A DNA stretch of 63,898 nt, filler included, from Octopus bimaculoides (GCF_001194135.2; 10 parts of 8 records of this genome joined end to end with filler, not necessarily neighbours in it), one strand, 5' to 3'; shown: positions 25,050 to 37,415, counted from the whole stretch's first letter. The notes: generated by a model from the sequence alone, not told the origin. A program made the numbers and translations.

Positions 25050-26400
25050 GCCTACGACGATTTTCTTCCTTCTTCATCACCTGGCTTCTCTTCTTGCTAC
25101 TGTTTGTTTCTTAATTTATTATCACTGAGTTAGACATTGTACACTAGCTAAAAGTACTTATGCAATTTAAAATAATTTCTTTTTCCTGGAAGTTACTTAA
25201 GCAACAATACTAACATATCAATTTTAATACGCATTCTTTACAAAAGACGCCATTATATTGTACCATATTTGCATTTCAGAAATGACAATTATATTAATAA
25301 AATTGTAAAAATACAATACACTACAGAAAATTTATACTTATATATCAATACCCACCCTTGATGAAATGCCATACAAAGTAGCTACATCTGTATCCGAGGC
25401 CCGCATCGCTAAATAACTCATAAATATTGTACTCTATACAGCATCATAAAATACAACTCTACAAGAATTTCGTACTGAGTCAAAAATGTTATGGGATCAC
25501 TTGAAAGTCATCGGTCTCTTCCATTTTATATGCACAGAAGGTGGGATACTGTGAAGTTGATTTCTTGTAAACCAAATAAATTTATTCTTAGTATTGTTTA
25601 GCCGGTTGTCATGTCGCATAGAATTGAACCGTTTTGAACGGCACTTCTGCTGTGACAAAGATGCCATTTATTCTAAGATTGTAGGTGGTGTTTCCAATGA
25701 AATTTGGATGCTATAGATAGCACGACGTGCGAACAAGTAGATGCACCCCGTAGTTTTCTAAAGGAAACCTAACAATTTAAGGTAATGTGTTTAGAAGATG
25801 ACAGCAGCAATCCACCTTTACTTCTTTTATCGCTTCATGAAAGAAAAACATGGGTTACCTGAACTTTGGAAACAGAAATACAAAGGCTAATATTTTCAAT
25901 GGAAGCTCATTTTCTTAACTCAGATACTGCGAAAATAAAAGCGAATGGAACTAAAATACAGCTTTGTAAATTCAAAATGTCAAGGGAGTTTGATACAACA
26001 AATGAATGTGCTCTTGTAAAATTATCAACACTAAAGTAGTGCAGAAATACTTTCCTCACCTAAAACAATAGGTCAACACTCAAGCTATTAGTATCGCTGA
26101 ACCTGCTAGTAATAGCAGCTAAATAATACAGAAATGATATCTTATATTAATTAACAGAAGGGCACAATAAATATCTTCCTAGATACTTATAAAAACGTAA
26201 CACTCACGGCTAGAATACGTTTTAGAATTACCAAACTTATCAGCAACAACGGGCTGCTTTCTAAAATTCAAGTCCCGAACTCTAATAAATGTTGTAAACA
26301 AATCCTGAATACCCATCAGATACAGAAGAATGTTTCTCTAGGAAAGATGTGGAATAAACGCCGCACAGACTTTGTCTTGACTTACAAATTACATGGAATA
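25050..26400 (-). pseudogene. Possible highly decayed Mutator-like transposase relic
   Basis: Scattered minus-strand peptides YYLAAI...VFLHYFSVDNFTRAHSF and NIFDSVRNSCRVVFYDAV resemble the YYG.AIR...FFH..STD..P.H..C and VFVG.ETL..GVYDAV segments of Mutator-like transposases, by eye only. Confidence 0.3.
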
Positions 26401-26714
26401 CGATATTAATGATGACTTGATGAACAGAGAGATATGATGTTCTTAAATAATATGGGGGAAATACAATGCAATAAACTATGAAAAGGAAACATAATCATTA
26501 GGACTCGTTGTGGTATAAGAACAAAATATCAAATAGATTAAGACTAAAAATATTACTACATATCTCAAGTTTGGTTGGGACCGTTATAGGTAATTTTTTT
26601 ATGTATTGAAAATGATAATGCCTTTCTTAGCTTCTAAAGTAGTTGCGAAGCATATTGTTTAACACTTGCACACAGACATGCAGGAAGTAGATAGACAACT
26701 TTAATTTTCAAAAT

Positions 26715-27101
26715 ATTTTATTTGATATTCATTGGATGAAAAAGACGTTTTTTTTTTCTATCTGATCGTCCATAACATCGAATCTTATGCAGATATGTAA
26801 CACATGTTCTTGGACTAACTTCTAGCTGTTTTGCAATGTCAGAAGCCTTCGAACGGGGTTCGTTTTTCACAATTCTCTTTAAACAGCAAAGCTTCCTTTC
26901 CGAGGGCCCAGGTCGGCCGGGACGCGAATCTGTTGATTATTTTCCTTGGCTTTTGAATTCCACTATAATTATATTAACAGTAGCAAGAGGAATTTGAAGA
27001 TTTTCTGGCAATTTTTCGTTGGCTAAGACCAGCCCCAGCTGCCCAACAATACGAGCCCTTTCAAAATCTGCCAGTTGTGCTGAATTTGTTGTGCGTGACA
27101 T
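26715..27101 (-). pseudogene. Tc1/mariner transposase, N-terminal DNA-binding region (pseudogene)
   Basis: ATG at 27101: MSRTTNSAQLADFERARIVG..(AGLSQRKIA, shifted frame)..ENLQIPLATVNIII..K*..SRPGRP..KRIVKNEPRSKASDIAKQLEVSPRT..YLHK..YGR..RKK. This is the paired-like HTH plus GRP(R) linker of Tc1; no DDE domain seen. Confidence 0.85.
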
Positions 27102-28479
27102 GGTTACTCTTCGCAAATATTTAATGTAATGGCACCTGGAAAGAAAAAGAACGCTTACATTGTAAATTCTACACCGCTGAAAACATATTAAGACACTTAG
27201 ATAAGAAATTTTTAAAATTAAATGTGTCTATTTACTGCATGTCTGTGTAGATAACAGCGTGCTATCTATCTATTCCGGATTTTCATTTGGAATTTAGTAT
27301 CTAAAATTTAACCTCCAACATGTTATCCCCAAGAAAATCTGCCAATGCTTGTATAACACAGTTCATCGATATGTGCAAATTGAATTCTTGTTAGATGATA
27401 GCAGAAGCTCTACTACAGTATTCTTTAAAGCTAGACAGACGATTATTTCAGAAGTCTAACAATTTTAACCAAAGAGGCAAAGCAGTGATAATGAAAAGTT
27501 ACAAACATTCAAACAATTTTAAACGCCTACAGAAAGTAAACTGATGAAGGAAATATTTCTGAAAACTCATGGAAATACAGTGATCTAAAAATATTGTTTC
27601 TTCTTGGGTGCTTTGAAATTCTAAACCATAGAAGTATAATTGATTAATTTATATAATATTAGTACATTAATGGCAATTATATGGTGATTCATAATTAAAA
27701 GAATAACACTTCTGACAGGTTGAACATTAAGTGTGAAATGATATAAGGGACCGCATAGCGTAACTGTGCACTCTACACTCTGTGTCTGATTCAATAACTA
27801 AACAGTTTCTAAAAGAAGCAGTTATGTATAATTTTTAGTTTATAAATATTTAAATATTAGAAAGTAATCGCATTGTTAATATATGAAGTAAAATGCAAAG
27901 TAACAACAGGGAGAACGTTGGAACTATTCCAGTTCATTGCCTCACAATATAACCGTACTACCCAACAAATCTTTGTTATTACTGAATATATTGATACACT
28001 GCATTGCACTTAAAGTGATACATTATCACAAGGCTGTCACACCATCATAATTTATGAAAGGTAACGCCAGCAAGCAGTAATAACAGAAAAAGTGCAAGAA
28101 TATATTGCTTTGAAGAACATTTTCTATAATTTCTGATATCATAACCATGGAACTCCATTTCTCTTTTAGTTGGCATTACTAATAAACAAAAGATAGATTC
28201 ATGCGAATTTCATACCACACTTGCTTATCATTGTTATATCGAACAAACGAGGGGCTCTCCACTTGGTTGCAAGATGCAGATGATGAATCACATTTTGTCG
28301 TCTTAGAAATAGAAGGATGTGTAGTTAAAGATACACAAAAAGTAATACAATAAGGCGAGGAAGATAAGATGATGCGTACTGAATTGCACTTAATCATAGA
28401 TTTGGTCAGTCATGGAGACAGAGACAACATTGTTGTCATGGCTTAAATGAAAGCAACATTTTAATGTGTATTTCAATAA

Positions 28480-28710
28480 AATGAATCGCTTGCAACTTCC
28501 AACAAATTTTAGCCAAATTAGAAGCAAACATAGCTAAACACCTACCAAAACATTAAAACCAAACTGAGGTTATAATCTTAAAGCTTGTGTAAGTGTTTTA
28601 ATAGAATGAATCTCTTCCAACTTGCAACAAATTTTAGCAAAATTAGAAACAATGAAATCCAAACACCTATCAAGACATTAAAACCAAACTGATGTTATTA
28701 TAATCTTAAA
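28480..28710 (+). repeat. 125-bp tandem duplication (two diverged copies)
   Basis: AATGAATC..TT.CAACTT.CAACAAATTTTAGC.AAATTAGAA...AAACACCTA.CAA.ACATTAAAACCAAACTGA.GTTA starts at 28480 and 28605. Confidence 0.85.
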
Positions 28711-29364
28711 ACCCAACAAAACCTCAGCTGCAAATCCATCACACATACTGACGTAAACAGACCTACATATTCTCAAAGAATTTAGATAATTTCTTCCTGG
28801 ATATTACTGAACACTATATCCCCCTTTCTATATGACAGCAAGGGTACGATCACCAATTTATTGATAACTCTTTCACAATACATCACAACATCTACGACAG
28901 TAACAATTCGAATTATCTTCCTTTTTAACTTCAAGCTTTGACAACAGAGTTTACGTCTGTTTGCTCTGCACTATATAGCTACACAAAATAAATACTCGAG
29001 AGATCCCTAACAAAGGAGGTATAAATCTATTGCCTCTCAAATGTACAACAAATGTGCAGTGTGCTACCGTAACATTATCTAGCTTCAAGACAGTCAACAT
29101 ACTCTTCAAAATAAATACACAAATTTATATCACACTTTTTTTTCTCAATCCAGACACAATTTACACACATTTTCTGACGCTAACAAGAAAATATTTTCAA
29201 ATACCACCTGCCAAATCTTAGAATTCTTTGTTATTTTTGTCTGGAACAATGGACGAAAATATTCATAACTAACCATTAGGCACAAAATCATAAGCATAAA
29301 ACAAACACAAAATAAAAAAAAATAACTACATAATTTTATAATTATGTACACACAACTAACTATA

Positions 29365-29399
<35 letters not shown>

Positions 29400-29499
29400 N
29401 NNNNNNNNNNNNNNNNNNNNNNNNNNNNNNNNNNNNNNNNNNNTTAATTAATTAANNNNNNNNNNNNNNNNNNNNNNNNNNNNNNNNNNNNNNNNNNNN

Positions 29500-29810
29500 T
29501 TGTTTTTCTTCTGTTTGTATGTTTTTCACATTTATGTTCCTCTTTGTAACGGTACAATTTGATAGCTTTGGAAACTCCTCTTCAGAAGAATCCGAAACTT
29601 CTCCAAACAATAAATTTTCTTTATTTTTTCCTCCGGTTGACTCCTCTTCGCCAGACGAAGATACATTATTCGGCATCTTGCCAGCAATTACTGTTTCCCC
29701 CATAGGGGAAACACACGATAGTTTTCAAACGAAGACTATCACACAATAGTTATGACAAGAACACACAAAAACAGTTAATGGAAACTTGCACTTACTGTAC
29801 AGACGCACTC
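29500..29810 (-). mobile_element. Candidate 5' end (UTR plus ORF1 start) of a LINE, cut by a scaffold join
   Basis: Open frame MGETVIAGKMPNNVSSSGEEESTGGKNKENLLFGEVSDSSEEEFPKL...TEEKQ runs into the artificial join. The acidic low-complexity start with EEFPKL resembles non-LTR ORF1 N-termini; a host exon is not excluded. Confidence 0.35.
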
Positions 29811-30073
29811 AAATAATTGATAGAGGGTAGTTTGATAGAGATAGAGGAATTTGATGCGGGTAGTTTATTCCATGTTAATTTTTGAAGGACACAGGGATTC
29901 ACATTACACACGCACACACACCACTAGCGCACACACTCACACGCACGCGCACGCATATACACACACACTCACACACATGTATGTATGTACTATAATGAAA
30001 GACCCTTGACTAAAATGCTGCACACCGGAACCAATCCCTTCTTAACCACGCGACCGTATATGGATATTTTCTA

Positions 30074-30433
30074 TCTTTTCCTTGTTTCAGTCATTGGACT
30101 GCAACGATGCTAGGGCAGCGCTTTGAAGGGTTTTAGTTGAACAAATCAACCCAGTACTTATTTTGAAGTCTTGTATTTAGTCTATCGGTCATTCTTTCCG
30201 AACTGCTAAGTTTTGGAGTTGTAAACAAATCAACGCCGGTTGTCAAGCGGTTGTGGGGGGACAAACACAAACACACACGGGATCTTCTTTCAGTTTCTGT
30301 CAACGAAATTTACTCACAAGGCTTTGATCGGCCTGGGACTGATTTAAGAGACACTTGCCCAAGGTGCCACGCAGTGGGACTGAACCCGAGACTATGTTAC
30401 TGGGAAGCAAACTCCTTACCACACAACTATGCC
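30074..30433 (-). mobile_element. SINE family A (full length, diverged)
   Basis: Contains GACACTTGCCCAAGGTGCCACGCAGTGGGACTGAACCC and the tail TTGTTTCAGTCATT. Confidence 0.88.
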
Positions 30434-30455
30434 AATGTGTATATATATCTTTTAT

Positions 30456-30789
30456 CTTTTACTTATTTCAGCCATTATACTGCGCCCTTGCAGAATTTTT
30501 TAGTCAAATAAATGGACCCGAGTACTTATTTTTTAAGCCTACTACTTATTCTATCGATCTCTTTCGCCGAACTGCTAGTTTACGGGGACGTAAACATACC
30601 AACACCGGTTTCTGGCAGTGGTGGAGGACAAACACAGACACAAAAACACAGTTTCCTTCATCCAAATCCACAAGGCTTTGGTCGGTTCGAAGCTATAGTA
30701 GAAGACACTTGCTCAAGGTACCACGTAGTGGGACTGAACCTGGAACCTTGTGGTTGGGAAATAAGCTACTTACCACACAGCCACGCCTG
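30456..30789 (-). mobile_element. SINE family A (full length), tandem with the previous copy
   Basis: GGCTTTGGTCGG...CTATAGTAGAAGACACTTGCTCAAGG...GGGACTGAACCTGGAACC...CTTACCACACAGCCACGCC. Confidence 0.9.
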
Positions 30790-30825
30790 TACGTATATAT
30801 GTCATAATGTATAGGTGAATGTATT

Positions 30826-30857
<32 letters not shown>

Positions 30858-31279
30858 AACGTGTGGGTGTGCGTATGAATGCATGTGTATGCGTGTGTAC
30901 GCATGTGTATGCGTGTGCATACTGTTTATATCCGGTTGTAATTTCCTGATCAGAAGAAATCCAATTAATTCTAGAGAATGAAGCAATATTGAAATAAACA
31001 CACGCGCTCCTCCCAACTTGCCTCTACAAGCCTACGTTCACCAACGTCTCAAGCCATGTCTCCTTGCATCCTTACAATATCTACCCAGTTACTACTACTG
31101 CGGCTGCTACTACTACTTTCCACAACTGCTTCCTTCTATTTTATTATACACAAGCCATATGTGGCCAACACTGAGAAAGGATATATCGTAAAAGGTGGTA
31201 TAGGGGGAGGTGTATCACAAACATCGTGGAAGGTAGGGACTTCTTTGCAGAAGAAAACAATTCTACCCCGGAATATGGA

Positions 31280-31484
31280 GTAGATGATGGTGGCGTGGTT
31301 TGCTGGTGATAGTAGTAGTGGTGGTGGTGGTGGTGGTGGTGATAGTCATGGTGATGACCAAGGTCGTGGTCGTGTTGGTTGTGGTAGTGGTGGTGGTGGT
31401 ACCGGTGTTGGTATCATTGATGGTGGTGGTGGTGGTGATATTGTGGCGGTGCCGGTGCTTGTTATGCTGCTGCTGTTACTGGAG

Positions 31485-31515
<31 letters not shown>

Positions 31516-31560
31516 GGTGGTGGTGCTGCTGCTGCTGGTGGTGGTGGTGGTGGTGGTATA
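31280..31560. repeat. (GGT)/(GTT)/(GCT) mixed trinucleotide low-complexity tract
   Basis: Read directly from the sequence. Confidence 0.9.
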
Positions 31561-32587
31561 TACAAAAATGTGTAATCATATATGGCAGCCAATGTAGATT
31601 GTTATTGTTGGAGTAATGGTGAGGCGAGCATCGTTAANNNNNNNNNNNNNNNNNNNNNNNNNNNNNNNNNNNNNNNNNNNNNNNNNNNNNNNNNNNNNNN
31701 NNNNNNNNNNNNNNNNNNNNNNNNNNNNNNNNNNNNNNNNNNNNNNNNNNNNNNNNNNNNNNNNNNNNNNNNNNNNNNNNNNNNNNNNNNNNNNNNNNNN
31801 NNNNNNNNNNNNNNNNNNNNNNNNNNNNNNNNNNNNNNNNNNNNNNNNNNNNNNNNNNNNNNNNNNNNNNNNNNNNNNNNNNNNNNNNNNNNNNNNNNNN
31901 NNNNNNNNNNNNNNNNNNNNNNNNNNNNNNNNNNNNNNNNNNNNNNNNNNNNNNNNNNNNNNNNNNNNNNNNNNNNNNNNNNNNNNNNNNNNNNNNNNNN
32001 NNNNNNNNNNNNNNNNNNNNNNNNNNNNNNNNNNNNNNNNNNNNNNNNNNNNNNNNNNNNNNNNNNNNNNNNNNNNNNNNNNNNNNNNNNNNNNNNNNNN
32101 NNNNNNNNNNNNNNNNNNNNNNNNNNNNNNNNNNNNNNNNNNNNNNNNNNNNNNNNNNNNNNNNNNNNNNNNNNNNNNNNNNNNNNNNNNNNNNNNNNNN
32201 NNNNNNNNNNNNNNNNNNNNNNNNNNNNNNNNNNNNNNNNNNNNNNNNNNNNNNNNNNNNNNNNNNNNNNNNNNNNNNNNNNNNNNNNNNNNNNNNNNNN
32301 NNNNNNNNNNNNNNNNNNNNNNNNNNNNNNNNNNNNNNNNNNNNNNNNNNNNNNNNNNNNNNNNNNNNNNNNNNNNNNNNNNNNNNNNNNNNNNNNNNNN
32401 NNNNNNNNNNNNNNNNNNNNNNNNNNNNNNNNNNNNNNNNNNNNNNNNNNNNNNNNNNNNNNNNNNNNNNNNNNNNNNNNNNNNNNNNNNNNNNNNNNNN
32501 NNNNNNNNNNNNNNNNNNNNNNNNNNNNNNNNNNNNNNNNNNNNNNNNNNNNNNNNNNNNNNNNNNNNNNNNNNNNNNNNNNNNNNN

Positions 32588-32900
32588 CATTCAGCCGATA
32601 TACATTAAGTGCCGACTACATAAACAAACGATTCTGAAACAATTAATCCTAGAAAAAAGCAAATAAAACGAAGAATCGTTTGTTTATGTAGTCGGCACTT
32701 AATGTATATCGACTGAATGGACGTCAGTGATTGGTTGAAATTATCGAAATAAGACAATTTTTTACATGAAATAAATTCGAATACAAAAATATTTTTCTGT
32801 TCTATAACACAAAATAGATAAGTATACGAAGTTTGAAAGTCTTTCGGTACCAAAAACACTACGTAAAACATTAATGAAAAATGTGGCCCCCGTTTTAAAA
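32588..32900. mobile_element. Foldback/MITE-like palindromic element; left arm mostly inside the gap
   Basis: 32588-32635 is the near-perfect reverse complement of 32672-32719 (36-nt spacer). The left arm begins exactly at the end of a ~950-N gap. Confidence 0.7.
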
Positions 32901-33399
32901 AAGATCCATTCCCGTTATGTTGAACACAAATTCGCTAACATTCCCTGAAAATTCCAAAAACTAAAAACGTCATGAAGGGTTATATGAGGTGCTTAAACCT
33001 GAACTCCGCCCAATATTTTACATGAGAAAACAAATGGTTTGTTTAGTAACAGAATTGGTAGCACATGAGCGTTATTCAGTTACCCTTGATGAGTTCAAAT
33101 CCTGCCGAGCCACTTTTATTCCTCTAAGATCAGTAAAACAAGTTACTAATCTTGTATTTTGGTCATTTTAACAAATCCAGAATTGGCAAAATGATGTTCC
33201 AGCAGACATTTATGGGGGAAAAACCTAGAGATTTCTTTTATCATAACAATGAAAAGGACGCTATTTCAATATCTATGGATGAGTGAGGGATTAAAAACTT
33301 ATACAAAGTGGTATTTGGGACATGAAAAACAGGAATATAACTATCTGTAATGATAAAATGATCATTGATAGATGGTCCTTTTTTCTAAGCAAATATTAC

Positions 33400-34118
33400 T
33401 TTCCAGAAATCATGGATCTGCGCCTGAAAAGTCTTATTGCAATCTTGATGGCAGAACAGTATCAGCTGTGACTGTAGAGACCCACATATGAGTAGCGGTC
33501 TAGGCTGCAGTCATCACAGTTGAAGGCTGCCCGCTAGTCTTGTTCTGATGCTGTTTTTCCATCGAATTTGTTCTCTTCATCAGCAATCCTAAGCCTTTCC
33601 TCTCATTTTTAAACCCGTGTCTAATTTCAGTATCCAGTGAGAACGCTCATCAGCAATGTTCTCCCAATTTCCAACATTCAAATTAAGTGACATTATGCCG
33701 CTCTTGTAGACATCTTTAAAGCAAAGTTGGAGTTGTTTTTGTGTTCTTTTACCCGAAGTCAGTTCACCATACTGCAGGTCTTATGAGATCCTCCCATCTG
33801 ACATGCGGTATGCAATGCCTGGCCAACGGAGGCGTTGTTGCAGCAAGTAAGAGACTTTGAGACACTGTTCCTATCTGGAGTACATGCTCCAGATATCACT
33901 GCCACAAAGCAGTGTGCTGAGAACACAAACTTTATTGGTTGCAATCTTGATGTGCATTGTTTGCTAACCATTCTCCCAGACTCTTGTTGTCAATCTAGCT
34001 AGTACTGAGGCAGATCTTCCAATACCTCTGTTTATCTCATGCTCTAGAAAAAGGTTGTCCGTGACAGTGGAGCTGAGGTATTAAATTCGTGGACTGCCTC
34101 CAGCTCACAATTGTTTAA
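33400..34118 (-). mobile_element. Old RTE-clade (BovB-like) LINE, ORF2 C-terminus
   Basis: YLSSTVTDNLFLEHEINRGIGRSASVLARLTTRVWEN..VCVLSTLLCGSDIW..QQRLRW..RMSDGRIS*DLQYGELTSGKR..FKDVYK..WE..ERSHW..FNCDDCSLDRYSYVGLYSHS*YC, including the terminal C-x2-C...H-x3-C motif. Confidence 0.88.
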
Positions 34119-34507
34119 CACACACACACACATACACGAAATGCACTTGATCAGTGACCAGCTCAATCATAACTTAAATAACACTATTTCACTAAAATAG
34201 ATGTTAGCAGAGATCAACTGAAAGATTCTGATTTCGCTATTTTTCTTCCTAATCAGCTTATAGTTGCTTAGCCCAAAGTCCGGCCTTGGGCTAAACAACT
34301 CATCAGAGTGTTTCTAACTGTGACCATCACGTAGAGTAATATCAAGGTATACAAATATGCCAGTCTTTTCTTTTTTATGAGACAGTTTGAGAGAGATTTG
34401 GTTGCTACCCCTAGCAAGTTAGGTTTCTTTCAGTTTCCGTACTATCAGTTATACACTTCTTGAATGCGTATTGTACAGTCAGGATCAACTGTTATAACTT
34501 GCTCTAC

Positions 34508-34560
34508 ACCGATGGTTCTTAAAGTGGGTGGTAGCCTCCCCTTGATGGCATTATGAACAA
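34508..34560 (+). mobile_element. Possible hAT-type MITE terminus
   Basis: CCGATGGTTCTTAAAGTGGGTGGTAGCCTCCCC resembles CAGTGGTTC.CAAAGTGGG.GGTA hAT TIRs; no partner TIR found. Confidence 0.3.
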
Positions 34561-35914
34561 ACAAGGGAGCGATACTTGTCAAGGAGCTGCCATTATGAAG
34601 AGATGCTGATTGTTTAGAGATGGTCGTGATTTTTCTTAAATATATTTAAACCAATTATTTGTATTTCAAACCCATTTTCATAACAAAAAAATCTTTGTCG
34701 GGATTAGAATATACTTTATCATTTCTTTCCGGTAAGCAGACCACATGACTCATTCAATATAATTTCATCGCTTAGTTTAGTAATCTCTGTAAAATCTTAT
34801 CCGAAGAGACACAAGACCGTTAGGTTATCTAAAACGAGGCTCATACTGGATACGATATTAGAAGAAAATATGGATATGAAAATATTTGAAGAAAATCACT
34901 GCATAAAATTGGCTTGTTTGATTAAAATATTTGGGTACAACTAAAGCTTGCGGTCTATTGAAGAATCTATAGTAAATGCTGTGAAATAACCTGTTCTGGG
35001 TTATGATTAAGGTTTAGGGTTAAGTTTAAACTGCACGCTGAAGTGTAAATGACCAGGAAGACCACATGTGGCACCTATAATTGGTGTTATTTTTCGAAGC
35101 AAACAACATGCGAAGATGTTTGCAAACATCGTTCCATAAAGGTGAGGTAGGGTGGCTAAGCAACAAAAAGATTAAGAAGCACAACTCTGCACCAACCTAC
35201 CTAAGTGTAAAAGTATATCACAAAACGTTTGAATATTCGTGGTAAAACAGTAAATTCCATTAAGGGAAACAACTTAATTTCAAGGGAGATGACTCAGAAC
35301 TGATTAAATGTGATTTCTAACCTGGACAATGCATTTTTGATGATGGTTTGGCGAAGTGGTAAATGATGTAATGTGACTAAAGCCCTGGTAATATAATATC
35401 TTCTGAGTTAGGATAACGAATATCAAGAAATGTGGTAAGATAAAATTGACTGCAAGATTTATTCTGACGCTAAAAGAAAATACAGCAACTGGTATGACAT
35501 GAATAAATTTGTCAAATACAATACATAGTTTCAAAGTGCTTCTTGAAAATGAACGCTGGGAAAACACAAAGCAATGCGTCAAGGATTCCTGCTAGTTTTC
35601 TCCTCATTGAATCTGCAAAGCGGAATAAAATTGCTCTCATGCCGAAGATCCAAACTCGCTCATTACGACCCACCTATCTAAGGAATTAACGAGGAAAGCT
35701 TCCCCTAAATAGCTGATGTTGGGATGCTTGGCTAGTCTATCATGTTAAGGGGTAGACAGTCCGCGTAAAGCTAGATGGACTGGACCATCACGTGATGAGC
35801 CAAAATGGGTACCTAAAGGTAAAGAGGCAAAATGCGGATACCCAAAACTAAAGAGCGAACGTGCTTCTGCTACAATGGTATATAAATTTGTTCTTATAGA
35901 TCTATTCATATATC

Positions 35915-36280
35915 AGTTGCAATATAAGAATATTAAATCGACCGTAAGGTACTTTAATTCTATCGACCCCGGTAAATAGTCAATAACTAAATACCGCAGA
36001 TTTGTCCAGAGTTTTAACGATGCTGTCAATCCACTGGTACTTAGGTTATCTACCATCGGGTTAACGAAAAATCCTCTCACAGGCATACAAGTGCAGTGGA
36101 ATGACGGAATTGTTAAAGAGTTGACAACAATGTCTTGCAATATTTCTTCCGGTGGTTTACGCTCAGAGTTCAAATACGCCGAGATCGATTATATAAAGTA
36201 CCAGCCGAGTACTGGAGTCGTTATAATCAACTAGACCCTACCGTTCCCTTAAAAATTTATGGCCTCGTACCTAAATTAGA
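35915..36280. mobile_element. Two degenerate SINE family B fragments in opposite orientation
   Basis: Minus: TCTATCGACCCCGG...AATACCGC...TTAACGATGCTG (35915-36050). Plus: CTCAGAGTTCAAATACGCCGAG...AAGTACCAG...TATGGCCTCGTACC (36160-36280). Confidence 0.55.
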
Positions 36281-36784
36281 TTTAAGCTTTTTGTAAAAAT
36301 TTTGTTATAAACCAAAGCGATGCTCTAATTTTCAGTATTTACCGTAAGTGCATTGTAAAAGGAAAGCTATTAACATGAATTTATGACTTACGCTTCCTAG
36401 AAAAGACACGAACGTCTCACAATTGCATTTTCTATAAATATTTGTTGTAACAAACCGATATCAGGACTTCAAGAGTCGAAACATTACGAAATTTCGAGTT
36501 GTGATGGGTGATCGATGTAAAGGGAGACAACTTTAATAAGCAGTCATACTAACCACAAAGTTATGTAACGCGAAGGTACGAGTCCAATACGTCATTTAAT
36601 ATCAATATCTTGAGTACTGAAAATCTCCCAGAAGTACAGAATTTAGGAGGTATCAGACATCGATTAGACTCATCGGGTGCTCGATTTCACACCACCATTT
36701 GCAATATAGCTGCCAAGTTTAAAAACTTTTAACAGTCACTCCAAACCAACAGGTCCATCATGATTGTCCTTCATTTTATCTTAG

Positions 36785-37204
36785 GTACACTTGCACTAAA
36801 TGAGGATGCAAAGAAAGAGGTCTGGAGATGCCACTACGATAGATTGCTTAATAAAGAGAATGAATGGGAGGAAGAGAGCCTGCCGTATGTCGACCCAATA
36901 GAGGGACCAGCTATCCGAGTTGATAGTACCAGGGTAGATAAAGCAATTAAGAGTATGAAGAACGGGAAAGCCCCCGGCCCATCAGGAATCACTGCAGAGA
37001 TGCTCAAAATATCTGGCAGTGTTGGCTATAGCCTAGTCACCCGTATTACGAACCAGGTGATACACGAAGGAGTCATACCCAATGACTGGTGTAGCAGTAT
37101 CATAGTCAACTGCTACAAAGGTAAAGGTGACGCTTTAGATACAAATAATTACAGAGGCATCAAGCTGCTAGATCAGGTTATGAAAGTTACAGAGAGAGTC
37201 ATAG
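36785..37204 (+). mobile_element. RTE-clade LINE ORF2 fragment (start of RT), uninterrupted; cut by a scaffold join
   Basis: LALNEDAKKEVWRCHYDRLLNKENEW...KAIKSMKNGKAPGPSGITAEMLK...IPNDWCSSIIVNCYKGKGDALDTNNYRGIKLLDQVMKVTERVI, with no stop in ~140 codons. Confidence 0.95.
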
Positions 37205-37320
37205 NNNNNNNNNNNNNNNNNNNNNNNNNNNNNNNNNNNNNNNNNNNNTTAATTAATTAANNNNNNNNNNNNNNNNNNNNNNNNNNNNNNNNNNNNNNNN
37301 NNNNAAACATCCCCGGTGTC

Positions 37321-37415
<95 letters not shown>
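37321..37415. repeat. (TTA)n microsatellite
   Basis: Read directly from the sequence. Confidence 0.95.

Noticed and set aside
34255-34306. Minus-strand CTGATGA followed by a long hairpin as a hammerhead
   Set aside because: The hairpin is followed by TATAA, not the required GAAA.
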